Of a stretch of 39,582 nt of DNA, positions 32,076 to 39,431 are shown one piece after another. A program made the position numbers and the translations under genes. The stretch is from a virus. Location of the stretch: the IMG/VR virus record IMGVR_UViG_3300045988_038540; one strand, given 5' to 3'. The notes below the pieces were generated by a model that was not told the DNA's origin, did no database searches, and saw only the letters and a program-made list of their open reading frames with translations. The stretch's first letter is position 1; each line of letters starts with the position of its first letter.

Positions 32076-33315
32076 CGCTTTCTCCCTTCTTTGTGTACCG
32101 GCGGCACCGGGCATCATAGACCAGCTGTATGTTGGCTGTGGAGCCGTAGGACCGGTTCTTCAGGATGCTCAGCCCGGCGTCATACCCATAGGCCGCGATA
32201 TCCTTTTCTTCCATCCGTTCCAGAGAAAAGGCGTTGTCCGCCCGGTTTGTGATGTCCGCCGACCCGCCGATGTCGTCCGCGGTCAGCAGCTTCTTTTTGT
32301 CGCTGTCGCCCTTCCGGGGGTGTGCCACAAGATGCACGTGCACCTCGTTTTTTTTGGCGAACTCCACCAACCGCCCCGTAAACCGGCTCTGCGCCCGGTA
32401 GAAGTCCTTATCGCTCTGGTCGCTGAATCGGGCGGTCATCAGGTTGTCCACAAGAAATACACAGCAGCCGAACCGGCGAACGGCATACTCGAACACGGAA
32501 ATGATGCTGTCCTCGTCCCCAGCACCGGCCACCCGGTTGTCGTACAGGAAAAACTTCCCCTTCCACCAACCGTCGATCCGGTCCGCGATCTCCTTCGGCG
32601 TGTAGTAATACAGCTTCCCGGACACCGGGTCCCGCTTCGGCTCGATATGCCCGGCCCCGGCGGCCTGTAGCATGGCCCACTGCTTGAAGCGCCAGGCCGA
32701 CAGCTCCCCGGAGTAGGCGCAGACCGGGAAGCCCTGGTCGATGGCGTTTAGAAGCAGCTGGGACAGCAGCGTGGACTTGCCGCTGCCGCGCTTTCCAGTC
32801 CACACAGACAGCTCCGATGGGGCAAAGCCTCCGATGGACTGGTCCAGTGCTTTTAGACCGGACATGACGGCGACGGATGCGCCGGGGTCCCTCCGCTCCA
32901 CGTCCGCCAGGTCCAGCAGTCCGTCCATGGGCTGTTCCACGGCCCCCAGCAACAGATGATCCACGGCCTTTCTCCCGCCGGAAGCCAGCACCTCCCGGAT
33001 ACGGGAACATTTCCCGAAGGCCCCTTCCTTTGGCAGCAGCACGGCCACAGATGGCGCGTATTCTTTGAGTGCGTCCGCCACGGCTTCCGCCGTATCACGG
33101 TCGGACAGAGCCAGGAACACAGATGGGAAGGCACTCAGAAACGGCTCCGCATCCCGGAAGTTCTCAAAGCCCGCTCCGTAGGCAAGGCAAACGGCGTTCT
33201 GGTTGTCCAGGGCTGTCACATCCTGGGCGTCCGCCACAAACCACAGCGTTTTCCGGGTGTCCAGGGCGGTCTCGTCGTAGAGCAGCCAACGGGAGGCATC
33301 AGGTAAACTTGGCAT
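32050..33315 (-). CDS. DnaB-like replicative helicase (RecA-type C-terminal domain; Toprim-like N-terminal region)
   Basis: Walker A GKRGSGKSTLL; FLVDNL Walker B-like; start MPSLPD at 33315 after GAGGA. Confidence 0.75.
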   Translation of the reverse strand: MPSLPDASRWLLYDETALDTRKTLWFVADAQDVTALDNQNAVCLAYGAGFENFRDAEPFLSAFPSVFLALSDRDTAEAVADALKEYAPSVAVLLPKEGAFGKCSRIREVLASGGRKAVDHLLLGAVEQPMDGLLDLADVERRDPGASVAVMSGLKALDQSIGGFAPSELSVWTGKRGSGKSTLLSQLLLNAIDQGFPVCAYSGELSAWRFKQWAMLQAAGAGHIEPKRDPVSGKLYYYTPKEIADRIDGWWKGKFFLYDNRVAGAGDEDSIISVFEYAVRRFGCCVFLVDNLMTARFSDQSDKDFYRAQSRFTGRLVEFAKKNEVHVHLVAHPRKGDSDKKKLLTADDIGGSADITNRADNAFSLERMEEKDIAAYGYDAGLSILKNRSYGSTANIQLVYDARCRRYTKKGESDGVYGWER

Positions 33316-33922
33316 ATGGATCCTCGCCTCCTTCGGGTGGTTCATCTTCCCATCTCCCCTGGTTTAGCCAAGTGGCGGGATTTGGGATATATTGTCCTCC
33401 GTCTTTCTGCCACTTCGGCCATAGCTTCTGTTTGGAGACGGCATTCAAAATGGTTTCTGTCAGCTCTTCTGACGGTTTCAGTTTCTCCCAAGACTCCCGG
33501 GCTTTCTTTTTCCCGGTTTTGTTTGGGTACAAAGCCCAAAACCTGTCAAACCGTTCCCCCTGGGGGGACGATAGGGGGGATTTATTCTCTCCGTTAGGAG
33601 AGATAGTATCGGTTTTGGTTTCGGTTTCGGTTTTTTGGGTTAAGTTGGGTTTCTTTGGGTTTTTTTCGGTTTTCTTAGGCCTCCCGCCCTTAACCCCATT
33701 TTCTCTGTTTTTCTCCGCCTTGGTGGTATAGGACTCCTTAAAACGGTCCTCCTGCATCATGACACGTTCGGCAAAAAACCGCTCATTGCCACAAAGTGCT
33801 ATCGGCGTCCCTGACTCGCTGTATTCCAGCAAAGCCCTGCACAGCCGACCGAACTCTGCATCGTTGAGTGCAGACATCTCCCTTTTGTATTCCCATGGGA
33901 GCGCAGCATAGTTTCTGGCCAT
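33299..33922 (-). CDS. Replisome organiser / DnaD-like replication protein
   Basis: LNDAEFGRLCRALLEY N-terminal domain; C-terminal FDRFWALYPNKTGKKKA...NPATWLNQGRWED. Confidence 0.55.
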   Translation of the reverse strand: MARNYAALPWEYKREMSALNDAEFGRLCRALLEYSESGTPIALCGNERFFAERVMMQEDRFKESYTTKAEKNRENGVKGGRPKKTEKNPKKPNLTQKTETETKTDTISPNGENKSPLSSPQGERFDRFWALYPNKTGKKKARESWEKLKPSEELTETILNAVSKQKLWPKWQKDGGQYIPNPATWLNQGRWEDEPPEGGEDPYAKFT

Positions 33923-33931
33923 CGTGTCACC

Positions 33932-34327
33932 TCAAAACGGAAGATCGCCGTCTTCCTCCGAGATTACCGCAAAATCAGCCTGCTTGTATTCCGGCGCCTC
34001 CTTGTTCTCCTTCTTGGAGTCTCCGAAGTACACGTTGTCGGCCACAACCTCCGCTGTACGGCGCTTGTTCCCACTCTTGTCCGTCCACTCTCTGATCTGT
34101 AACCGCCCCTCTACAATCGCCATACGGCCCTTGGAGAAGTATTTCGAGACAAACTCTGCCGTGTTGCGCCACGCAACCACTTCAATGAAGTCCGTCTCCT
34201 TCTCCCCGTTGGTCTTGAAGTCCCGGTCTACGGCCAGTGTAAAGGATGTGACAGCCGTCCCACCGTTTGTCCGTCTGATTTCCGGGTCTTTCGTCATCCG
34301 GCCCAGCAAAAAACATTTATTCAGCAT
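33932..34327 (-). CDS. ssb: Single-stranded DNA-binding protein
   Basis: OB-fold N-terminus (LLGRMTKDPEIR...) and acidic tail ending DGDLPF. Confidence 0.9.
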   Translation of the reverse strand: MLNKCFLLGRMTKDPEIRRTNGGTAVTSFTLAVDRDFKTNGEKETDFIEVVAWRNTAEFVSKYFSKGRMAIVEGRLQIREWTDKSGNKRRTAEVVADNVYFGDSKKENKEAPEYKQADFAVISEEDGDLPF

Positions 34328-34658
34328 TTTCGACTCCTTTGTGATAGATCATATCCTCCCGGTTCCAGTCCGGGTAAAACCCTTTCAGATACGCCACCAG
34401 ATAGCAGTACAGGCTTTCTCTGGTGGTGCCTCGTCCTAGCCTCTGGATGTTCGTGCCCTCGTCATAGGCTCTGTGACAGGCCGGGCAGAGGGTCACGATA
34501 TTTCTCTCGATCCCCTTTCCTCCCTGGCTCCGGCGGACCACATGGGCCACCGGATCACCATATGGAGAGCCGCACAGCACACAGAAGCCATTGTCCCGGA
34601 TGTACACGGCTTTCTTGACTTCCGGAGGAATAGATGTTGCCTTAGTCTCTGCCCGCAT
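34317..34658 (-). CDS. HNH endonuclease
   Basis: CVLCG...AHVVRRSQGG...NIVTLCPACH. Confidence 0.8.
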   Translation of the reverse strand: MRAETKATSIPPEVKKAVYIRDNGFCVLCGSPYGDPVAHVVRRSQGGKGIERNIVTLCPACHRAYDEGTNIQRLGRGTTRESLYCYLVAYLKGFYPDWNREDMIYHKGVENAE

Positions 34659-34980
34659 GTCCCCACTCCCTTTCCACCTGTGCATCCAGCATTCGAAGCT
34701 GCAACTTCATGGCATTGATTGCTTCAAGGGCGGATTTGTAAACGACCTCTGCGCAGTCCCGTTCAAACCGCAGCTTTGCGATTTCCCGGTCTCCACGGCA
34801 GATGTCGGAGATGATCGTTACCGGCGTACCTTTGGACCGTTCATCCAAAATTCTCTTTGCCAGGGCGATCCGGTATTCCTGTTCAGACTGGGCATAGGAG
34901 CGTCCGCGCTTCCCAAGCTCCTGCACGGCGGCGTCCAACAGCTTGCTTTTCTGACCGATCTCGGAGATCAAATCAATCAT
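34642..34980 (-). CDS. Hypothetical helical protein, 112 aa
   Basis: Clean ORF between the SSAP and HNH genes. Confidence 0.55.
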   Translation of the reverse strand: MIDLISEIGQKSKLLDAAVQELGKRGRSYAQSEQEYRIALAKRILDERSKGTPVTIISDICRGDREIAKLRFERDCAEVVYKSALEAINAMKLQLRMLDAQVEREWGHAGRD

Positions 34981-35578
34981 GGTTCATCTCCTTAATGCAG
35001 TCCAGGCAGTAGACGTGCCCGAACTTCTCCATGCTGGCGTTCACGTGCTTCATGATCGACACCGTGACGCCTTTGGAGTCCTTGTACGCTTCCAAGACCT
35101 TCCCGCATTTCTCGCATGTGGTGACATCGACTTTCGCCACAATATCGGTCTTGTCATACTTCGTCTTGTCCTTGTCCCAGTACACGTCAGCGGCGATCCC
35201 AAGGGCCTTGCAAGCCACGGAGAGGGCATCCGTCAAGGCCATCTTGTAGCACTCGTCAGAGGTGTACAGACCGCTCTTCTCTTTTGTGATAAAGGCGCTG
35301 CCGCCGGTACCGGGAACTGCCTCGGACCACTCGCCGTTGTATTTGTAGTACAGTGAGATGTCCATGAATGCGGAGATTTCCCCGTTGGCCCCGGTCTCCA
35401 GCCACTCCCGGTCAATGGTGTATTTCCAGCCAATGCCACATGGGCCGAATTGCTCCGTCAGCTTCTTGATGCGCCACATAGGGTTGATATCGGTCTTTCC
35501 GTTCAGCCGCCCACCTCTGATCTCCTTCTTGGCCTCTGCGGGGACGGCCCGGACATTGTTGTAAATGTCAAGGTTCAT
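34973..35578 (-). CDS. Putative ssDNA-annealing protein (Rad52/Sak-like) with a C-terminal zinc ribbon
   Basis: ATG at 35578 shares its A with the upstream TGA; GIGWKYTI...ECYKMALTDALSVACKALGIAADVY; CEKCG...CLDC. Confidence 0.5.
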   Translation of the reverse strand: MNLDIYNNVRAVPAEAKKEIRGGRLNGKTDINPMWRIKKLTEQFGPCGIGWKYTIDREWLETGANGEISAFMDISLYYKYNGEWSEAVPGTGGSAFITKEKSGLYTSDECYKMALTDALSVACKALGIAADVYWDKDKTKYDKTDIVAKVDVTTCEKCGKVLEAYKDSKGVTVSIMKHVNASMEKFGHVYCLDCIKEMNHD

Positions 35579-36063
35579 CACTTCACCCCCACAGAAATCC
35601 CTTCAACCAAGACAGCCCCAGGCACTTCCTGCCCAGCCTTTAGGACCTTGCCCAGCTCGCTCTTGCTGATTTCCGGGGCTTTGTACCGGATGCACTCCTT
35701 ATGCCCGTTCAGCTCCGCCCACTCGATGGCGGCGGAAGGGTTGTCCACATTTACGGAAGTGGTCTTTCGGAACGTCACCGCGCATTTCGGCGTGGAGAAC
35801 TTCTCCCCGTGTAGCGCGTAAGAGAGATACTCCTTGAGCCGCGCCGCCTTGTTCTCTGCCACTTTCTGCCGCTCCGCCAGGGCCTCCTTCTCCGCTTTGA
35901 TGGCTTCCGCATCGGAAACCAAGTTCTTGTAGTAACAGGCGATGTTCTCGATCTTCTGGTCCCGCGCCATTTGGAGATTGTCCAGCGCCTCAAAGTCGGT
36001 GATCTCTCCAGTCTCCGGGTCTGCCAGATCAGTAATGGCCTTATCGATCTCGTAAAGTGTCAT
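35578..36063 (-). CDS. Siphovirus Gp157-family protein
   Basis: MTLYEIDKAITDL...KIENIACYYKNL...AEKEALAERQK pattern. Confidence 0.65.
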   Translation of the reverse strand: MTLYEIDKAITDLADPETGEITDFEALDNLQMARDQKIENIACYYKNLVSDAEAIKAEKEALAERQKVAENKAARLKEYLSYALHGEKFSTPKCAVTFRKTTSVNVDNPSAAIEWAELNGHKECIRYKAPEISKSELGKVLKAGQEVPGAVLVEGISVGVK

Positions 36064-36064
36064 G

Positions 36065-36259
36065 TCATGTTCTCCCTTCATTCCAAGCTCTCACCGCGTG
36101 ATTTATATCAGTAAATTTCCGAGTTCGCCATCCGCAGGCGTCGCAGGCCACCAGGAACATATCCGGGTTGCCCTCGATTGCCAATCGCTGGCCGGAATAC
36201 AGGCCACATCTTGGGCAGGGACCTAACTCGCCTCTTGGGCGTTTCGCATGTGCGTTCAT
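36065..36259 (-). CDS. Lar-family-like zinc-ribbon protein, 64 aa
   Basis: ATGA-coupled start at 36259; CPRCG...ACDACG...AVRAWNEG. Confidence 0.55.
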   Translation of the reverse strand: MNAHAKRPRGELGPCPRCGLYSGQRLAIEGNPDMFLVACDACGWRTRKFTDINHAVRAWNEGRT

Positions 36260-36846
36260 TCTTCGCACCACCAGATATCCGCCGTTTTTACTCCCAGTGA
36301 TAAGGCTTCCTGGTGCTCCTTGACGGCAATGTCAATGTGGTCTTCCTTGACTGCCGTCCCGGTATCATCCGCCCGCAGATAGGCCATCTCGCCGTTGTAC
36401 TCGATCATGATGGTGCTGCCCAGCGGTATAATGTCCGTATCCACGGCGCAGCTCACATAGGGCGTTACACGCCTGCCGCTGGCTGTGATGCCGGAGCCTG
36501 TCCCACAGATGTGGGGCCGTTCCTCGCAGCAGTAGAAGGTGATGGTCACGTCCTCCAGCTTGTGAGACCGGGCCAGCAAAGCGGCTTCGATCAGCTCATT
36601 TTCGGCGGCCTCCATCTCTTCCCCTGTCAGATAACAGCGAGTGGTGGCCGTGGTATTGTCGCCAGGGAGGCTGCCGTCTTCCGCGGTGGGGTCTGGCTTG
36701 TGCATAGCGGGTAGTTCCGCTTCCACCGTCATAATCAGGTAGCTTCCCAGCCACGCCAGCAGAAGTAATAGGAACAGAAGATATGTAATCAGCTGCAACC
36801 GCCTCTGGCTCCGGCGGCGCCGCTCTTCCCGGGTCAGTTTCTTCAT
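36256..36846 (-). CDS. Membrane-anchored 3D-domain (MltA/RlpA-like double-psi barrel) protein
   Basis: ATGA-coupled start at 36846; Arg-rich N-terminus plus TM; [12 protein letters not shown]...[15 protein letters not shown]. Confidence 0.7.
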   Translation of the reverse strand: MKKLTREERRRRSQRRLQLITYLLFLLLLLAWLGSYLIMTVEAELPAMHKPDPTAEDGSLPGDNTTATTRCYLTGEEMEAAENELIEAALLARSHKLEDVTITFYCCEERPHICGTGSGITASGRRVTPYVSCAVDTDIIPLGSTIMIEYNGEMAYLRADDTGTAVKEDHIDIAVKEHQEALSLGVKTADIWWCEE

Positions 36847-37628
36847 AGGATGTGCCTCACCGCTTCTTCGCGGGTGATATAGAAATGGATGCCCGTGCTG
36901 CACTCGTGCCAGCGGTTTTCGTCGAAATCCGAAACGGAGACCACAGTTCCGGGAATGTAATGGAAGTTCTTATCTCTATCACTGACGGCGGCCTGCTCCA
37001 ATGCATTCCCCTCTAAATCCTGAATCTCCAAAACGGTTGCCTTTGAGCAGCGGCACTCCCGGCCTGCTGCGGAACTGCGCACGGCATCTTCGGTAATTTC
37101 CAGCTTTACAATGCACTCATGACCGCTGGTTTTGGCCCTTGCCTTTTTCCAGCCGACAAAAGCGCCGATTTCCGGGCAGGCAATGGGATAAAATAAATTT
37201 TTTGCCTTTTCAATGTAGTCGGCCCCGAACAGGTTGGCCCTGGACAGGTTGGCCCCGGACAGGTTGGCCCCGGACAGGTCGGCCCCGAACAGGTTGGCCC
37301 TGGACAGGTCGGCCCTGGACAGGTTGGCCCCGGACAGGTTGGCCCCGAACAGGTTGGCCCCGGACAGGTCGGCCACGAACAGGTTGGCCCCGGACAGGTT
37401 GGCCCTGGACAGGTTGGCCCCGGACAGGTTGGCCCCGGACAGGTCGGCCCCGGACAGGTTGGCCCCGAACAGGTTGGCCCTGGACAGGTCGGCCACGAAC
37501 AGGTTGGCCCCGGACAGGTTGGCCCCGAACAGGTTGGCCCCGAACAGGTTGGCCCGTTTTCCGCCATTTTCGCCTCGTATCCATTTAAGGTGCTTGTCCA
37601 AAATATTTTTCAACTCTTGTTTGTCCAT
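36843..37628 (-). CDS. Pentapeptide-repeat protein (22 repeats) with a DUF5758-like C-terminal domain
   Basis: A(N/D)L(F/S)(G/R/V) x22; C-terminal [12 protein letters not shown]...[14 protein letters not shown]. Confidence 0.85.
   Translation of the reverse strand: MDKQELKNILDKHLKWIRGENGGKRANLFGANLFGANLSGANLFVADLSRANLFGANLSGADLSGANLSGANLSRANLSGANLFVADLSGANLFGANLSGANLSRADLSRANLFGADLSGANLSGANLSRANLFGADYIEKAKNLFYPIACPEIGAFVGWKKARAKTSGHECIVKLEITEDAVRSSAAGRECRCSKATVLEIQDLEGNALEQAAVSDRDKNFHYIPGTVVSVSDFDENRWHECSTGIHFYITREEAVRHIL
37224..37553. repeat. Tandem 15-bp repeat array (coding for the pentapeptide repeats)
   Basis: Units such as GGCCCCGGACAGGTT / GGCCCCGAACAGGTT / GGCCCTGGACAGGTC differ at only 1-3 positions; open in four frames. 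Confidence 0.9.
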
Positions 37629-37631
37629 GCG

Positions 37632-37916
37632 TTATTCCTCCTTGTAGGTTTCCCGGAAGCTGCCTTCGGGGAAATCGAACTCCACGGTGAAATGATGGTG
37701 CCGCTCGTTGATGGAGACCACCCAGCACCGTCTAGGGCCGTTTTTTTCTTTCATGAATGCGCTGGTGTCCAGTGTAGGCGTCATGTACAGTACGTCTCCG
37801 ACTTTCACCGCTCTCCCTCCATCCAGGAAAGGAAGCGCATGAACCATGACGTAGCCGTACAAATGCCGATTAAAGCAAAAATGTATGTACTCATTTTTAT
37901 CTCCCTGCACGCACAA
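37632..37916 (-). CDS. Hypothetical protein; start uncertain (alternative: GTG at 37808 giving 58 aa)
   Basis: The TTG at 37916 lacks an SD; GGAGGGAG sits 4-7 nt before the GTG at 37808. Confidence 0.45.
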   Translation of the reverse strand: MCVQGDKNEYIHFCFNRHLYGYVMVHALPFLDGGRAVKVGDVLYMTPTLDTSAFMKEKNGPRRCWVVSINERHHHFTVEFDFPEGSFRETYKEE

Positions 37917-38148
37917 ATCGGATTATTTCGTCATCAGTCAGTGACAAAACCTTATCTAAGGCGCTAATATCATCCAACCACCATTTGCGCTTTCCGCTTA
38001 GTTTCATAGAGATATTAGATTGGGTCATTCCAGCCAATTCTCCCAGGTCCCGATCGGTATACCCCATACGTCCTCCGGCAGAACGAAGAATCCTCGCCCT
38101 CTGTTCACATGGGGGAACAGAAAACCTGCTTAGTTTTGTTCGCGCCAT
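37897..38148 (-). CDS. HTH DNA-binding protein, 83 aa
   Basis: AAGGAGGA RBS; YTDRDLGELAGMTQSNISMKLSG. Confidence 0.65.
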   Translation of the reverse strand: MARTKLSRFSVPPCEQRARILRSAGGRMGYTDRDLGELAGMTQSNISMKLSGKRKWWLDDISALDKVLSLTDDEIIRFVRAGR

Positions 38149-38158
38149 GATTTCCTCC

Positions 38159-38187
38159 TTGATTTTCCCTTTTGGAGGCGATATACT
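38159..38187 (+). promoter_or_regulatory. Candidate promoter TTGATT-N17-TATACT (antisense to the early operon)
   Basis: 38159..38164, 17-nt spacer, 38182..38187. Confidence 0.5.
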
Positions 38188-38193
38188 GTATCC

Positions 38194-38262
38194 AAAGGGA
38201 TTGTTCGTGGTTGCTCAATCCTTGCCCGTCTGACTGCTGGTAACGGTCAGGCGGGATTTTTT
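38194..38262 (+). ncRNA. Candidate ~70-nt antisense small RNA A (stem-loop plus intrinsic terminator)
   Basis: Hairpin 38195..38223; terminator CCCGUCUGACUG/CGGUCAGGCGGG (38225..38255) with two G-U pairs that form only on the plus RNA, then U6. Confidence 0.45.
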
Positions 38263-38524
38263 ACACATCTTCCGGGTACGCACTGGATACCAGTTCTTTC
38301 AGTTCCATCAAGTCGATGCCGGGATCATGTGCCGCCCGGTCCAGAATCAGCTCCTTCAACTTGGGGCCAGCACCTTCCAGTGCCTTGCGGTAATCTTCAA
38401 ATGTGTAATCCATGTGGGCCTCCTCCCATGTGCGGCCTTTCCAGGCGAGACAGAGATTGTCCATAAGACGATTGGTGTTCCTTGCCTGCCTTTCAAGGGC
38501 TTGAATGCTGTCTTTTTCGTTCAT
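38261..38524 (-). CDS. Hypothetical protein, 87 aa
   Basis: AAGGAGG RBS. Confidence 0.65.
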   Translation of the reverse strand: MNEKDSIQALERQARNTNRLMDNLCLAWKGRTWEEAHMDYTFEDYRKALEGAGPKLKELILDRAAHDPGIDLMELKELVSSAYPEDV

Positions 38525-38534
38525 AAAAACCTCC

Positions 38535-38563
38535 TTGTCATTTGACCCGGAGGCGTGTATAAT
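38535..38563 (+). promoter_or_regulatory. Candidate promoter TTGTCA-N17-TATAAT (antisense to the early operon)
   Basis: 38535..38540, 17-nt spacer, 38558..38563. Confidence 0.55.
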
Positions 38564-38569
38564 AACCTC

Positions 38570-38644
38570 GCGGGCCTGTTGGCGCTTTCAATAGGTTCCG
38601 CAGCCCTCGTCGGTGGTGGTGCATCGGCGGGGGCATCTTTTATT
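38570..38644 (+). ncRNA. Candidate ~75-nt antisense small RNA B, or a terminator-containing leader of the 38694 gene
   Basis: Imperfect hairpin 38572..38601; terminator GCCCUCGUCG/CGGCGGGGGC (38603..38634) with two plus-only G-U pairs, then AUCUUUUAUU. Confidence 0.45.
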
Positions 38645-38693
38645 GTCCTTTCTCCATGGATGTGATAGGATGGGGGAGAAAGGAGGTGAGATA

Positions 38694-38873
38694 ATGGATC
38701 GTTCTAAAAAGTACGCAATCGAAGCCGCCAAAGAAATTACCGTAGCTGTTATGAGCGAAGGTAATCTGCGTGTAGATAAAGCGGGCGGAGAAAGCGTAGG
38801 GGACTTCTTTCAAGCGGTTTATTCTAAAATTGAAGAAATCGCAAAAGATGTTCCCGGTCTTGGCAATCAGTAA
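38694..38873 (+). CDS. Small hypothetical protein, 59 aa, encoded antisense to the early operon
   Basis: AGGAGGTGA RBS 5 nt upstream; possible own promoter TTGTCC-N17-TAGGAT (38643..38671). Confidence 0.55.
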   Translation: MDRSKKYAIEAAKEITVAVMSEGNLRVDKAGGESVGDFFQAVYSKIEEIAKDVPGLGNQ

Positions 38874-39004
38874 CTAGACAGAGACCTCTCTAAAACGGCG
38901 GCGACTTCCGGTAGAGCTTGCACCTCTGCGGGAGTCGCTTCCTTTTTGGATGCTCTCTCAACAAATTCGATAAGCGCATTTTCAAGGCGTTCTCTTGTAG
39001 TCAT
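38867..39004 (-). CDS. Small hypothetical protein, 45 aa
   Basis: Not in the track; AAGGAGG 7 nt upstream; 13 nt after the Cro-like stop; its 3' end overlaps the convergent plus-strand gene by 7 nt. Confidence 0.5.
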   Translation of the reverse strand: MTTRERLENALIEFVERASKKEATPAEVQALPEVAAVLERSLSSY

Positions 39005-39016
39005 TCTTATACCTCC

Positions 39017-39253
39017 TTACCCCTCATCATGATCCGAAAGAAGCTCGTCTACGGTGACGCCGTAGAGCTTTGCGATTGCAGGGAGCATACTAGCTCTAGG
39101 AAGTGATCCGCCCTGTTCTCTCTCCCAAAGGCAAACAGCAGAATCGGAAATACCAAGTCTGTCCCCAACCTCCCTTTGTGAAAGACCCGCTTTTTCCCTG
39201 CATTCCTTAAATCTCAAAATTTCACCCCCAAAACGCTTAATATTACTTGACAT
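39017..39253 (-). CDS. XRE-family HTH protein, Cro-like first gene of the early operon (start 39253 or GTG 39265)
   Basis: FKECREKAGLSQREVGDRLGISDSAVCLWE...; no SD, so possibly a short or leaderless mRNA. Confidence 0.75.
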   Translation of the reverse strand: MSSNIKRFGGEILRFKECREKAGLSQREVGDRLGISDSAVCLWEREQGGSLPRASMLPAIAKLYGVTVDELLSDHDEG

Positions 39254-39412
39254 TTTGGGCTGCACCGCTTAATATTGAATTGTCAGGACAATAGAAAACG
39301 GTGCAAGCCCAATATTAAGTGGGCCTGGTTTTTTGCGGCTAAATCACTTAACAATATTAAGTATAAGGCATATGCAGCTTAATGTCAAGTCCCTTTTCTT
39401 AATTTTATTAAG
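39234..39412. promoter_or_regulatory. Genetic-switch operator array
   Basis: (G/A)CTTAATATT at 39235 and 39267 (direct) and as AATATTAAG(T) at 39311 and 39353 (inverted); CTTAAT at 39378; perfect palindrome CTTAAT-TTT-ATTAAG at 39398..39412. Confidence 0.7.
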
Positions 39413-39431
39413 TGATTTTGAAGAGGACTTT

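Noticed and set aside
32408-33010. A 200-aa alternative-frame ORF inside the helicase gene
   Set aside because: It is an Arg/Gly/Pro-rich out-of-frame translation with no RBS. The overlapping frame carries Walker A/B motifs.
37224-37553. Regular short repeats that could look like a CRISPR array
   Set aside because: The period is 15 bp with no unique spacers, the array is entirely coding, and there are no cas genes.
37106-37647. Four additional long ORFs (two per strand) running through 37106..37647
   Set aside because: They exist only because the 15-bp tandem repeat lacks stop codons in several frames, giving monotonous PTCSG / GQPVR / DRLAP translations. Only the A(N/D)LxG frame has an RBS-coupled start, unique N- and C-terminal domains and a known repeat family.
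38542-38563. TTGACC at 38542 as the -35 box for the TATAAT at 38558
   Set aside because: The spacer would be only 10 nt. TTGTCA at 38535..38540 gives the canonical 17-nt spacing.
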